From positions 236,098,001 to 236,162,000 of the forward strand of contig NC_086097.1 of NCBI RefSeq assembly GCF_963921235.1: 64,000 nt of DNA, read 5' to 3'. Numbering within the stretch: position 1 is the first letter of the stretch; the number at the start of each line of letters is the position of its first letter. The notes under the pieces are model-generated. The model was given only the letters and a program-made list of their open reading frames with translations. It made no database searches and was not told the DNA's origin. Source of the stretch: Mobula hypostoma. Its lineage: Eukaryota. Shown piece after piece: positions 36,136 to 49,541 of the stretch. A program made the translations under genes and the position numbers.

Positions 36136-36644
36136 CTATTAACTCTGTTGAACCTATAAGCCAGGCATTGGCACGTCAGATCCCAGCAGCAGGTACTGAG
36201 AGAGATTATCCTGAATCTTAAGCAACCGAATAGTAGAGTAGAGGCACTCTGCACTCCTCTGAAGAACAATCTTGATTTTATACATCAAGAATTTGTATTT
36301 CAAATTTAAGCATGGAAACATTGCCTTGATGGCAAAACAGCAAGCTAGATCAGTGGCCGTACTATAGTATACTAAATTCTCAGTATATCTTGTATTTGAG
36401 ATTCAAAGCACTTATTATTAAAGCAAGAGGAAATATATCAAAAGCAGAACTGAAACTCGGGTGAAAGAGAAAAAAATCTCTTGAAAGAAACTCTTCAAAG
36501 TGTCGGCTTGCAAAATATCCTCTCAAAGGAATAAACACCAAACTCTTAGGAAAGAAAAATTGACCTTAAATACACAATCCTGGTATGGATGCCATTCTTG
36601 GCAGAAGGTAACAGAGTCAAAATATTCTTGGAATTCCTACAACT

Positions 36645-37392
36645 TCTACACTTTGGTGGAAGGAATAAAGGCATAGTCTACTTTCTAAGTGGGGAGAACA
36701 TTCAAAATCAGGTGTAAAGGTCTTTGTGCAAGATTTTCTAAATGTTAACTTACAGCTTGCAGTTTGAGCCGGTGATAAGGAAGTCAAATGCAATATTAAC
36801 ATTCATTTTGAGGGGACTAGAATATAAAAGCAAGAATATGACACTGAGGCTTAACAAGGCATTGGTCAGACTGCACATTGAGAGTGGCTTTGGGCCCGTT
36901 GTCTAAGAAAAGATGTGCTGACATTTGAGAGATTCAGGAGAAGGTTCATGAGAATGATTCTGGAAATGAAAGGGTTAATAAAACAAGAGGAACATTTGAT
37001 TGGTCTGGGCCTGTACTTGCTGGAGTTTTTTTTTGTTGAAAAGCCTAGACAGAGTTGATGTGGAGAGGATGTTTCCTGTCATCGGTGAGTTTAGAACCAA
37101 AGGGCACAGCCTCAGAATACAAGGATATCCCATTAGAATGGAGATGAGGAGGAATTTCTTTAGCTAACTGGTGGTGAATGTGTGGAATTCATTGCCACAG
37201 ACATCTATGCAGGGCAAGTCATAAGATATATTTAAGCCAATGGTTGATTACTTCTTGATTAATCAACGTGTCAAAGATTATGGGGAGGTAGAAAAATGGA
37301 GTTGAGAGGCATAATCAATCAGTTGTGATGGAATTATGGAACAGACTCAATGGGCTGAATGGCTTAATTCTGCTCCTATGTCTTGTGGTTTT
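36645..37392 (+). mobile_element. CR1 LINE 3' fragment (degenerate)
   Basis: GLEYKSK, QEKVHENDS region and the gggctgaatggcttaattctgctcct end. Confidence 0.75.
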
Positions 37393-38261
37393 ATAAAAAC
37401 TTAAATCTGTGGAACTATACATGTGAAGTATATATTGCAGTATCCCTGTGCCCCCACTTTCATTTGGATCTCCATATAGCCCCAATTAGTAGTTGAGATT
37501 ATTTTAATATCCTTCCATGGTATAAAAGAAAATATGAAAATTATTTGTCCACAATCTTCAGTGTGCTTTACCTATTTTTCCTCAAAGGTATGAAAAGACC
37601 ATTTATTTTTATTTTTGGTTTGATGAGGGTTGTTTTCAATGTGATGCTAGAGTAAGGAAGATCAAACTGAAGGAGACACAAGGGACTACAGATGCTGGAA
37701 TATGAAGCACCACATAATGAGCTGGAGGAAACGGCGGGTTAAGCAGCATTGGTGGGAGGAATATATTGTTGATGTTGCAAGTCAAAACCCTATGGGATGG
37801 TGCTGTATGTGCTGCAGGTAATGGGCAGAACTATTAGGAGTAATTAAGCTATTAAACAAATTGCGTTTCAGGCAGGGCTGTAGCCTAACCCATTGCAATG
37901 AAGATACAAGCACAACTACTAATTGAATAAAATGCACACATCCAAAATATTACTCTAACAGTAGCACAAAATATTTCAAACTTAAACACTTTACACATGC
38001 AGGGCAAAATTTGTGTTGCTAATGTGCCCACCTTTACCAAGCTTTCCAGCGGCTCATTTTAATTATGCACCACCCTTTGTGTGAAGAAGCTGCACCTGAT
38101 GTACATGTTAAATCTCTCATCCCTGATTTTAATCCGCTGCACGCCTCTTTTAATAAAGTCCTCCCTTTGAAAAAAAGACCATGTGTTTTCACACTGCCAA
38201 TGCCTCCTGTGATCTGATATCGATTTCTCCTCCCAATACAAAAAAATTCATGATCACCCTT

Positions 38262-38493
38262 TGATGCACTATCAATTACTCCAAAAGTCTGGAAGTAGAG
38301 TAAATACTGAAAGGCTTTTATTAACAGTAAAATGGATCCTCGTCCATGCTGTGTGTCTGTCCTGGACTGAGGGAAGAGCAGTGACACAGTCGCCTTTATT
38401 CAGGGGTCTGTGGGAGGAGCCACAGGAGCAGTCAGCAGAGGGGCGTGTCCAGGCAGGTAACCCAGTTACAACATATATATATGGTTTACCACA
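38262..38493 (-). mobile_element. Short solo LTR (232 bp)
   Basis: Minus strand TGTGGTAAACC...GTGCATCA with a GC-rich core and AATAAA motifs; TSD not clean. Confidence 0.6.
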
Positions 38494-39894
38494 CTGTCCT
38501 TGCCATTCCATAGATCCAGAGCAGAACGGTACATCAGGGGGTTTTGATTCCTTATTTCCACGTAACATCTGGCGAGGAGGGGAAAGGCCAAAAGTGACAG
38601 CTGGAGTGGTGTTGGACTCTCCTCTCAACGTCACTGTAGACCTAATTTACCTTGCCTCTGGCGCCTTATAAGCTGGCATCACGAGTGCAAGAAACATCAT
38701 CCATCATCTCTTCCACCACTGATTCAATGGGTGAGTGATGATTTGTTTGCTGTAGCAGGCTCATTCATCAGTTCCCAGCAGCTCCTGTGCTGGTGCCTGG
38801 CAGATTGAGAGATGCGCTGTCATCAAAGCTTTCACCGGCTGCCTGTCTGCAGCTAAGGACATAACTGGAAATAAAAAGTGGAAGAGAGCAAAGTTTAAGC
38901 AATAGTTTTAGGAGCAGATCAGTATAAGTAAGGGAGAATTTGAATGAATTGATACAGAATAATAGAAGATATTAATTCATCTTAACACCTTAAGACTCCT
39001 GTAAAATTACCATCTCTACTGCTGATGATTTTGGTGTCCTTTTTCACTTTGATGCATTTGCAGTGTAACAGGTATCCTCTTGCGCTGGTAATCTGCAAAA
39101 TAGTTTCTCCAATACAGAAAATTAAATTGGTTAACACAAGGTGGCACCGAGGTGTGAACTCTGTTGAGTCGCAGCTCAGATTTTGTTCTCTTTTATTTTT
39201 TTTTCGGAATATAAGGATAGTTTTGGGAACAGAGAGAAGAGTTAGATGGGTAGTTATTGATCCCAAAGGAAATTACAGTGTCTCAGTAGCATTACAGGTG
39301 CACAGGTATACAAATAGTAGAAAAGAAGTAAGAAAGAATAAAAAATAAGTTACCTCAAATGGTCTCACAGGAGTGGGGGGGGGGGGGTCATCGCTTCCCC
39401 AGCTACAGGTTGACTCATTATAGAACCTAATGGCCAAGGATAAGAATAATCTCATAGCGAGGTCAAGTTAGAGTTTATTGACATAGATGTGTGGAAATTG
39501 GAGGTCAGTCCACAATTTAAGTCTCTGCTCGGCATTCGAAGGCCAGTAACCCGGAAGTGGTATACCCATGGTCAGATGTTGAATATCAGATGTCGGCTGG
39601 CCGAGGGTGGAGAAGGGCCCCGCGCCCCTTCCCAGGTCAGTGAGTTGTCAGCAGCTTCAGAGTCGGAATTCCATGCAAGCAGGAGGAAGTTGTTCTGACA
39701 ATCTACTGAATTCGATGACCTACTGAATTCATAAATCAATGACCGGAGTTCAAAGCCTAGTGTTCAGGGTCCATTCATCAGTGAGTCTGGAGTTTGATGC
39801 ATTGTGTTTGGTCACCAACATGTCCTGAGATCAGGGCCGAGGATTGAGGCCTGGTGTTTGGTTACTGACTTGTCCCGGGAATAATGCCGAGGAT

Positions 39895-40937
39895 GTTATT
39901 AACAACTTGGATGTTGGGGTAGAAGGGTGGGTTGGCAAGTTTGCAGACGACACAAAGGTTGGTGGTGTTGTAGATAGTGTAGGGGATTGTTGAAGATTGC
40001 AGAGAGACATTGATAGGATGCAGAAGTGGGCTGAGAAGTGGCAGATGGAGTTCAACCTGCAGAAGTGTGAGGTGGTACACTTTGGAAGGACAAACTCCAA
40101 GGCAGAGTACAAAGTAAATGGCAGGATACTTGGTAGTGTGGAGGAGCAGAGGGATCTAGGGGTACATGGAGGAATTTAAGGTTGGGGCTTATATGAGAGG
40201 CAGGGTTTTAGGTTCGGAACAATATTGTGGGCCGAAGGGCCTGTACTGTGCTGTACTGTTCTATGTTCTATGTATGTCCACAGATCCCTGAAAGTTGCCT
40301 CACAGGTAGATAGGGTAGTTAAGAAAGCTCATGGGGTGTTAGCTTTCATAAGTCGAGGGATAGAGTTTAAGAGTCGCGATGTAATGATGCAGCTCTATAA
40401 AAGTCTGGTTAGGCCACACTTGGAGTACTGTGTTTCCAGTTCTGGTCGCCTCACTGTAGGAAGGATGTGGAAGCATTGGAAAGGGTACAGAGGAGATTTA
40501 CCAGGATGCTGCCTGGTTTAGAGAGTATGGATTATGATCAGAGATTAAGGAAGCTAGGGCTTTACTCTTTGGGGAGAAGGAGGATAAGAGGAGACTGATA
40601 GAGGTGTACAAGATATTAAGAGGAATAGATAGAGTGGATAGCCAGCGCCTCTTCCCCAGGGCACCACTGCTTAATACAAGAGGACATGGCTTTAAGGTAA
40701 GGGGTGAGAAGTTCAAGGGGGATATTGGAGGAAGGTTTTTTACTCAGAGAGTGGTTGGTGCGCAGAATGCACTGCCTGATTCAGTGGTGGAGGCAGATAC
40801 ACTAGTGAAGTTTAAGAGACTACAAGATAGGTATATCGAGGAATTTATCGGGGGTTTATATGGGAGGCAGGGTTTGAGGGTTGGCACAACATTGTTTGAG
40901 GGCCTGTAATGTGCTGTACTATTCTATGTTCTATGTT
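39895..40937 (+). mobile_element. CR1 LINE 3' part (young subfamily) containing a nested copy of its own 3' end
   Basis: KFADDTKVGG, WQMEFN, LVRPHLEYC, TRGHGFKV; internal (ttctatg)n tail at ~40260. Confidence 0.9.
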
Positions 40938-42934
40938 CAAGGCCTAGTATTTGGTTACTAATATGTCCTGAGATTGATGCTGAGAAGCGAGGCCTAGTAT
41001 TTGGTTACTAACATGTCCTGGGACTGATGTCAAGGATCAAGGCCTGAGGGTCAAATCGGAAGACCGGAATTCGTTGGCCAGAGTCAAATCTGCAAATTTC
41101 TGAGTCCTCTGGGGAAGTCAAAACCCAACATCTGCAGGCTCAAGTCCATTTCTGAATTTGAGAAAACTAGATGCTGGAGGCTGGAGAGCTATCCTGTGGT
41201 TAAAGGACTGTGTACGCACGTGGGTGGGAGGGAGAAACAGGGTTTGTTTTGCTGTTGTTTTGTTGCTTGTCGTGCTCTGTGTTGTTCTGCTGAGCATTGT
41301 AGGCATGCTATGTTGGTGCCTGAATGTGCGGCGGTTGTTAATGTGTGTTGGTTGTTAATGCAAAAGACATAGTCATATGTTTAGATGTGTACATGATAAA
41401 TGAGCTTGAATCTTGAATCTTGACCATGAGCCAGCAAATTGTCTAAAATCTATTATTTATAATCCAACTCAACACAATGTGCACATTAGAAATGTGATCA
41501 GACTCTTCAACAGACCTATCGTATGATAAGATGGACTCTTAACCTCATAATTCATCTCATTATGATCTTGTACTTTATTGTTTATCTTCACTACACTTTC
41601 TCTGTAACTGTGACACTTCATTCTGCTTAGCTATTGTTTTCCCTTGTTCTACCTAAATGTACTGTGTAATTTGATCTGAATGAACAGTGTGCAAGACAAG
41701 CTTTTCACTGTACATGTGACAACAATTAACCAATACTAATACTCACTGGGGAAAAAAGTAAGGGTGACCAAGGAAAGAGTGGTAATGAAAAGAATGCCAG
41801 TATTTAAGGAGATATAATGAAGTCTCCCCAATTGATATTTTAGTTTCGTGACATGCAGGAAAGAGAAGAATTGTTCTGCTAAGTTGACCACAAGGGATGC
41901 AACATGTATTTGCACTCGCAGTAGTGTTTGACTTCTGTAGTTAACAACACAGCTGCTAATTAGTAGTTTTTCTCAAGCATACAAATTAGGGTCAATTCAG
42001 GTAAAGGGATGGATGGTATATTAGGGTCTCTGGGTAGATGTCGAACTTATTCCCTGAACTCCTGCAAATATTCTTCTGAGAATCCACAATAAATTCCAGC
42101 ATCTCTCCACCCCGTGCACACTGTTCTGATGTTGCCGTCCCAAAACTGCCAATGCTTATTTTCCAAATGCAACAAGCTGTTTCCTTTCCCAGCATTTCTT
42201 GTCCCAATGCCGCTGAACCTCCTGCCTGATGGTAGGGGGTCAAAGAGGTTGAACAGATGGGAGGGATCATTGGCAATGTGAAAGGCCCTGTGTATGAAAC
42301 GCTCCTGATAAATACCTCCAGTGGACAGAAGAGAGACCCTGATGATCCTCTCAGCAATCCTCAAAATCCTTTGTAGGGTCTTATGGTCAGATGTCTTGCC
42401 ATTCCTGTACTAGATGCAGGATGTAGATAATAATGTGGAATATTCTCCTGAACAGTTGCCGTTCCTTCCTGTGGAGGAATAAAGAAAATCCCATCTTCCC
42501 TTTACAGCACAAGATCCTTAAGTTTTAGTATTCAGGCTATCTGCACAAAGCATTGTCATGCCACACTGCTGCTGCTTTCTGCTTTACCAAGGAGTCTGTG
42601 CATCAGTCACTGCTGCAGAACTGAACCTATCTTTTATAGTAAGTGCATTTTCATTAAGGAAGATTGAAAATGTTATTGGGCTGATGTTTCGTTATCTCGT
42701 GATCAGAGGGTCAGACACCTGTGAAGTGTGATGTAACTGTGTAAGGTACAGGTCAGGACCTATGCAGAGTCTTTTCTAACAGGGGCTTGTGCTGGGGACA
42801 GGTTGGAAGTACAGCAGCTACTGGGCTTGGAGCCCCACAGATGCTCATCAAGGTCACGACGAGTAACAAAAAGAACGACAATGCTGTTGTTCAGTTCCAT
42901 TATTGTAGTACACTGTTTATAAAAGCCCAACATA

Positions 42935-43640
42935 AAAGCCAAAGAGAGGGCAGGTAATAGAGCAAAAAGTAATGGGGAGTTAGGGGATTGGGCCACTTTT
43001 AAAAAACAACAGAAGGCAACTAAAGAAGTAATTAAGAAGGTAAGGATGGAATATAGTTATCAACTCAGCTGCTAATTTGCAGTTTTTCTCTGCAGTCTGA
43101 TTCAAGCTAGCCAACAATATTACAGAGGATACCAAAAGTTTAGAAGAGATTTTAGAGCAGATATCGGACAGCTAGAAAATGATGCTGAAGAAGTACTAAT
43201 GGGGGCAATGAAATAGCAGATGAACTGAGTAAGTATTTTGCATCGGTCTTCACTGTGGAAGACACTAGCAGTGTGGTCAAAGTTCTAAGTGTCAGCCGTC
43301 AAGAAGTGTGTGAAGTTACCATTACTAGAAAGAAGGTTCCTGGGAAACTGAAAGGTCTCAATGTAGATATGTCAACTTGACTAGATAGTATACACCCCAG
43401 AGTTAAGAGGTGATTAAAGAGATTGTGAAAGCATTAGTAATGATCTTTCAAGACTCACTAGATTCTGGTTCCAGGAGACAAAGACAATTGTAAATGTCAC
43501 ACCACTCTTCAAGAAGGGGGAGAGGCTGAAGAAAGGAAACTATAGGCCAATTAGTCTGACCTCAATGGTTGGGAAGATGATGGAGTCGATTATTAAGAAT
43601 GAGGTCTCAGGGTACTTGGAGGCACAAGATAAAATAGATG
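42935..43640 (+). mobile_element. CR1 ORF2 internal fragment
   Basis: YFASVFTVED, VTPLFKKG...GNYRPISLTSMVGKMMESII. Confidence 0.8.
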
Positions 43641-43982
43641 ATAGATTCACAAAGATGGTAGGCTAATTGCATATTATATGTTGCCCTGATGTAAGCAGAT
43701 GGCTGGAATCATTATTGAGCATCGCAGCGTGAATAGCTTACAGATGTAGACATAGTGATATTGATGCAGGTGTCCTTCGGAAGTCAAGAATGAGACCTAA
43801 AACTTAATGCATTCCTGTCGATCCCAATTCCCTGCATTGGAATAAAATGTAAAATTGATCTTTTTATTCTCACAGTTTAATATTTCCTATGCTTGCATGC
43901 ATTTTATGTAATCACCCAGATACATGTAATTGTTCTGTGAATTTTCCAGTGATTTTAGTATAGCTGATTCTGTATTTTTCTA

Positions 43983-44225
43983 AACACAAGAGATTCCGCA
44001 GATGCTGGAAATCCAGAGCAATGCAAACAGAATAATGGAGGAACTCAGCAAGTCAGGCTGCATCTGTGGAAGGGAATGAAGAATAAAGAGTCGATGTTTC
44101 AGGCCGAGACTCTTCATCAGGACTGGTGAAGCCTCCTGATAAATGGTATATGCCCGCCTCGTCAACTCTTTATTCTTCTCTATAGATGCTGCCTACACTG
44201 CTGAGTTCCTCCAGTGTGTGTTACT
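43983..44225. mobile_element. PLE-pLTR-derived fold-back element with decayed hammerhead
   Basis: Arms ggaggaactcagca...gcatctgtgga and tctatagatgc...tgctgagttcctcc; minus strand agtc CTGATGA aga-gtctcgg-cct GAAAC ATC gact at 44089-44124. Confidence 0.8.
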
Positions 44226-46770
44226 CTGCACTTTTCTAGAAACTTCTTAGCTTTACTCTAGCAGGTGTCATACCACTTGAAGCAGGCTATTTCATTGGTT
44301 AATTGTTATCACTGAAATATCCTGTTATCTTTTTAGACTGAGTTAATTTTTGTACAAGATAATCACAATTTCTTTGTTGTTCTCTTACTTTCTTTACTTT
44401 TTTCTTCATTATTATTATACTCAATAAGCATCCTTAAGCATTAAATTTTAGGTCTCATTCTTGACTTCTGAAGGACACTCGCGTCAATATCACTATGTCT
44501 AACATCTGTAAGCTATTCACGCTGCGATGCTCAATAGTCATTCCAGCCATCTGCTTACACCAGGGCAACATACAATATGCAATTAGCCTACCACCTTTGT
44601 GAATCAAGAGAAATCTAGAATATCCCAGGGAAACCAACACAGCCTCAGCAAGAATTTGCAAACTCTACAGCAACAACACCCAAGGACAGAATGAAACCTG
44701 GATCTCTGAGCAATGGCTCAACTACCTATGCTATTGGGCTGCCTTAATTTGCTAAACCTTGGTACAAGTTCAGAGTAAAGCACTTTATCTCAGTGTATCA
44801 ATGTACCTCAAAACTAGCTTTTATTTTACGTATCAAAGTGTGGTGTAGTAGAGTGGGGAAACGTTTAGTAAGTAACTTCTTACTATAAGGATTTAGAATG
44901 GCTCAATCTTCTTGCTGTACATTTGAGAATTCCATAGACTGTACATATATTACCATATAAAGGGAAGATTTTTTTTAAATTCTAAGATAGTTTGCCAACT
45001 CAAAATTAAAACCCAATTTTTCTGAAAATATACTGCAGTTCAGTCAATATATCTTACATTTGACATCCAAACGCATACATGATACCCTGCTGTGATTTAA
45101 AGATTGCACATTAGCTATATTTGTCATAACATCATAACATCAAGTCATACAATGACCATTACAATCCGAGGATGTTCTGCGAGCAGCTGATAAGTGTCGA
45201 AAGTACTTTAGTCAGAGGGTGGTACATCTGTGGAATTAGTTGCCACGATCGGCAGTGGAGGCCAAGTCACTGGGTGTATTTAAGGCAGAGTTAGATAGGT
45301 TCTTGATTAGCCAGTGCATCAAAGGTTTGGGGAGAAGTCAGGGGAGTGGAGATTACTGGAAGAATTGGATCAGCCCATAATTGAATGATGGAGCAGACTC
45401 ACTGGGTTGAATGGTCTGATCTTATATCTTATGGTCTTATGGCATCTGTGTGTCTTTGGAATGTGGGAAGAAACTGGAGTGCACAGGGGGAGCTCACACA
45501 GTCACGAGGGGAATATACAAACTCACAAAGATAGTAGTGGGAATTGAACATGGGTTGCGGGCACTGCAATGGGATCACACTAACAGCTACGCCACAGTGC
45601 AGCCCTATGATTCTAAAATACTGTTTTAGTTCTGCCCTATAATTCTAACATACTGATAAATTGAGAACAATAGAGTAACTTTAATGGCAAGCCAACAAAT
45701 TGGACTCAGTTATGGCAAAGTTCTCAGCAGCTCTTTTCAGATCCCCTGGCAGCAGGGAGGACCCTAGCCTTCCAGTCCCTTAAATCCTCAGACAGTATAA
45801 TACTGTCCAATCATCATTGTCAATCTTCCTTTTCTTCACTGCAGGGCGGGTGTTAGTTGAAAACCTGCCACTTTTTGGAATGAACATGAGGTTTATTTTG
45901 TATTCGCCTTTATGCCGGGAAAATAAATTAATTAGGAGAAACAGGTAATGGCTCAATTTTATTCATGCTACACCTGCACTGAAATTAATGTTGAAATTCT
46001 GCTCAGAAAATCTAAGCTCTTTGGGTTCCCACACAATTCATTAGCTCGTAATTATTTTACCATGTCTAAACAAAAGATGTAGCCACTAATAGCCTATCAA
46101 TCTGAAAGAGAAGACTAATTTGATAAAATAGTCTACACTCCTTCATGATCAGTGGATCTACATGCTTAAAACTCCCTATCTAACATAACCTCATGAGTGC
46201 CATCAGTGCTAAAAGCACAGTGAATCAGGAAGCAGATCAGGAGTATCTGTTCAAGGGCAGTAAAGGATTTACAATTTATGCTGCTCTTGCCAGTGTCGTC
46301 CAAGCCCTGTAAGCATTTACTGCTAATTTGATAGCAGTTTAAGCACTTCTTGTACTTGAGCCAACTTTGAATTTCTGGACAACACTATTCTCCCTGAAGT
46401 AGGGGAATATGAGACTTGTGCACAAATATTAGATCAGCATCTCAATACTGTGCTGATGCTGTGGCACAATAACTGTAATCCTGTCTTTCAGGTACCATAA
46501 GACCAGAAGATATAGGAGCAAAATTAGGCCATTCAGCCCATCAAGCCTGCTCTGCCATTCCATCATTACTGATTTATTATCCCTCTTAAACCCATTCTTC
46601 TATATTCTCCCAGTAATCTTTGACACCCTGACTAATCAAGAATCTATTAACCTCCACTTTAAAGGACTTTAAATACTCAATGACTTGGCCTCCACAGCCA
46701 TCTGTGGCAATGAATTACAGGGATTCACATCCCACTGGTTAATGAAATTCCTCCTCATCACCATTCTAAA

Positions 46771-49541
46771 TGAAGAACTGAAGGCGCTGTATTTAAATGC
46801 ACATAACATTCCAAATTAGGTGAATGAACTCATGGCACAATTAGAGATTGGTTGGTATGACGTTGTGAGCATCACTGAGTCATGGCTGAAAGAAGACTAC
46901 AGTTAGGAGGTTAACATCAAAGGATATACTTTGTATTGAAAAAACAGGCAGGAAGGCATAGACAGTAATGTAGCTTCATCTTTCTAAAGAAACCGCAAGG
47001 ATTAAAAAAAAACTCATTATGGGAATCATATATAGGCCTCCAAATAGTAGCCAGGATGTGGGGTTGAGATGGTAAAGGGAGCTGAAAAAGGCATGTAATA
47101 AAGGTAATGACACAATTGTAATGGGGGGCTTCAATATGCAAGGGGATTGAGAAAATCAGGTTGGTGTCAGATGGCAAGAGCGGGAATTTATTGAATGCCT
47201 ACAAGATGGCTTTTACAACAGCTTGTGCTTGAGCCTACTTGGGGAAAGGCTATCTTAGAGTGGGTGCTGTGTAATAATTCAGATCTAATTAGGGAGCTGA
47301 ACGTAAAAGAACCCTTAGGAGAATGTGATCATAATATGATTGAATTCATACTGCGGTTTGAGAGGGAGAAGTATAAATCTCATGTATCAGTATCACAATG
47401 GACAAAGGGAATTACAGAGGCATGAGACAGGAGCTTGCCCAGGAGGATTGGAGGAGGAGACTCGCAAAGATGACGGCAGAGCAGAGATGGCTGAAGTTTC
47501 TGGGAATAGATCACAAGGCGAAGAATAGATATGTCACACAGAGGAAGAAGTTCTCAAAAGTCAGGAGTAGGTAACCGTGGCTGATAAGGGAAGTTAAAGA
47601 CTGCATAAAAGCCAAGGAGAAGGCATATATGGTAGCAAAAGTGAGGGGAAGTTGGATGATTGGGAAGCTTTTAAAATCCAACAAAAGGCAATTTAAAAAG
47701 CTAAAAGAAGGGAAAAGATGAAATATAAGAGCAAACTAGCCAATAATATAAAGCATACTAAATGTTTTTTCAGTTATATAAAAAAAGTGAGGTGGGAGTT
47801 GATATTGGACCACTGGAAAATGATGGAGGTGAGGTAGTAACGGGGAAAAATAAATGGCAAATAAACTTAATGGGTATTTTACATCTGCCTTCACAGTGGA
47901 AGACACTAGCAGTGTGACAGTGGTCCATGAGAGTCAGCGAGCAGGAGTGAGTACCATTGCTATTTCAAATGAAAAATGCTTGGCAAACTCAAAGGTCTTA
48001 ATGTGGATAAGTCACCTGGGTCAGATGGACTACATCCCAGAGTCTTGAGAGAGATTGCTAAAGATGAAACGGATGCATTGGTCATGATCTTTCAAAAATC
48101 ACTTGATTCTGGCATGGTCCCGGTAGATGGAAAGATTGCAAATGTCACTCCTCTTTTGAAGAAGGGAGGAAGGCAAAAAAAAGGAAATTATAGGCCAGTT
48201 AGCCTGACCTCAGTGGTTGGGAAAGTGTTGGAGTCTATTCTTAATGATAAGGTTTCGAGGTACTTGGAGACTAATGATAAAATAAGTCAAAGTCAGCATG
48301 GTTTCTGTAAAGGGAAATCTTGCCTGACAAATCTGTTAGAGTTCTTCGAGGAATTAACAAGCAGGGTAGACAAAGGAGAGGCAGTGGATGTCATTTACTT
48401 GGATTTTCAGAAGCCATTTGATAAGGTGCCACACATGAAACTGCTTAATAAGGTAAAATCCTATAGTGTTACAGGAAAGATACTGGCATGGATAGAGGAA
48501 TGGCTGATAGGCAGAAGGCTGTGAGTAGGAATAAAAGGGGTGTTCCTCAGGGGTCAGTCTTGGAACCACTACTTTTCACATTGTTTGCCAATGATTTGGA
48601 TAATGGAATTGATGGCTCTGTGGCAAAGTTTATGGATGATACGAAGATAGGTGGAGGTGTAGGTAGTGCTGAGGAAGCAATGCGATTGCAGCAGGACTTA
48701 GGCAAATTGGAAGAATGGGCAAAAAAGTGAAGATGGAATACAGTGTTGACAGATAATGCATTTTTGTCAAAGGAACAATAGTGTGGAATATTATCTAAAT
48801 GGGGAGAAGGTTCAAACATCAGAGATGCGGAGGGACTTAGTGCAAGTCTCCCAGAAGGTTAATTTAAATTTGAGTCTATGGTAAAGACGGCAAATACAAT
48901 GCTGGCATTCATTTCAAGGGGAATAGAATATAAAAGCAAGGAAATAATGCTGAGCCTTTATAAGACCCTAGTCAGGCTGCACTTGGAGTATTGTCAACAG
49001 TTTTGGGTCCCATATCTCAGAAGGAATGTGTTTTCTTTGGAGAGAATCCAGAGGAGCTTCATGAGAATGATTCCAGAAATGAAAGGGTTAACATACGAGA
49101 AGTTTTTGGCAGCTTTGAGCCTGTATTCACTGGAAATTAGAAGAATACAGGGGGATCTCTTTGAAAACTTACCAAATTTTGAAATGACTAGATAAGGTGG
49201 ATGTGGAGAGGATGTTTCCTATTGTGGGAGTATCCAGAACTAGAGGGCACACCCTCAAAGTTTAGGGGTGACCTTATAGAACAGAGGTAAGAAGGTATTT
49301 TTTTAGCCAGAGAGTAATGAATCTGTCGAATGCTTTGCCACAGGCTACAGTGTAGTCCAAATCCGTGGATATATTTAAGGTGGAAGTTGATTGTTCTCTG
49401 ATCAGTCAGAGCATCAAAGGATATGGCAAGAAGACAAGTGTATGTTGTTGAGTGGGATCCGGGATCAGCCACGATGGAATGGCGGAGCAGAATCGTTGAG
49501 CTAAGTGGCCTAATTCTGCTCCTATATCTTATGGTCTTATG
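46771..49541 (+). mobile_element. CR1 LINE, near-complete degenerate ORF2 (endonuclease plus RT)
   Basis: LYLNAHNI, ITESWL, DHNMIEF, KSPGSDGLHPRVL, GVPQGSVL, FMDDTKIG; 7-bp TSD ttctaaa; inserted in a minus-strand CR1 3' fragment (46494-46770, 49542-49705). Confidence 0.9.

Noticed and set aside
38982..39092. CXC-chemokine-like string LHCKCIK...C on the minus strand
   Set aside because: No signal-peptide exon found, a stop follows the third Cys, there is no fourth Cys, and the splice phase does not fit; likely chance
39800..41045. CRISPR-like repeat array
   Set aside because: Eukaryotic context, no unique spacers and no cas genes; it is a minisatellite
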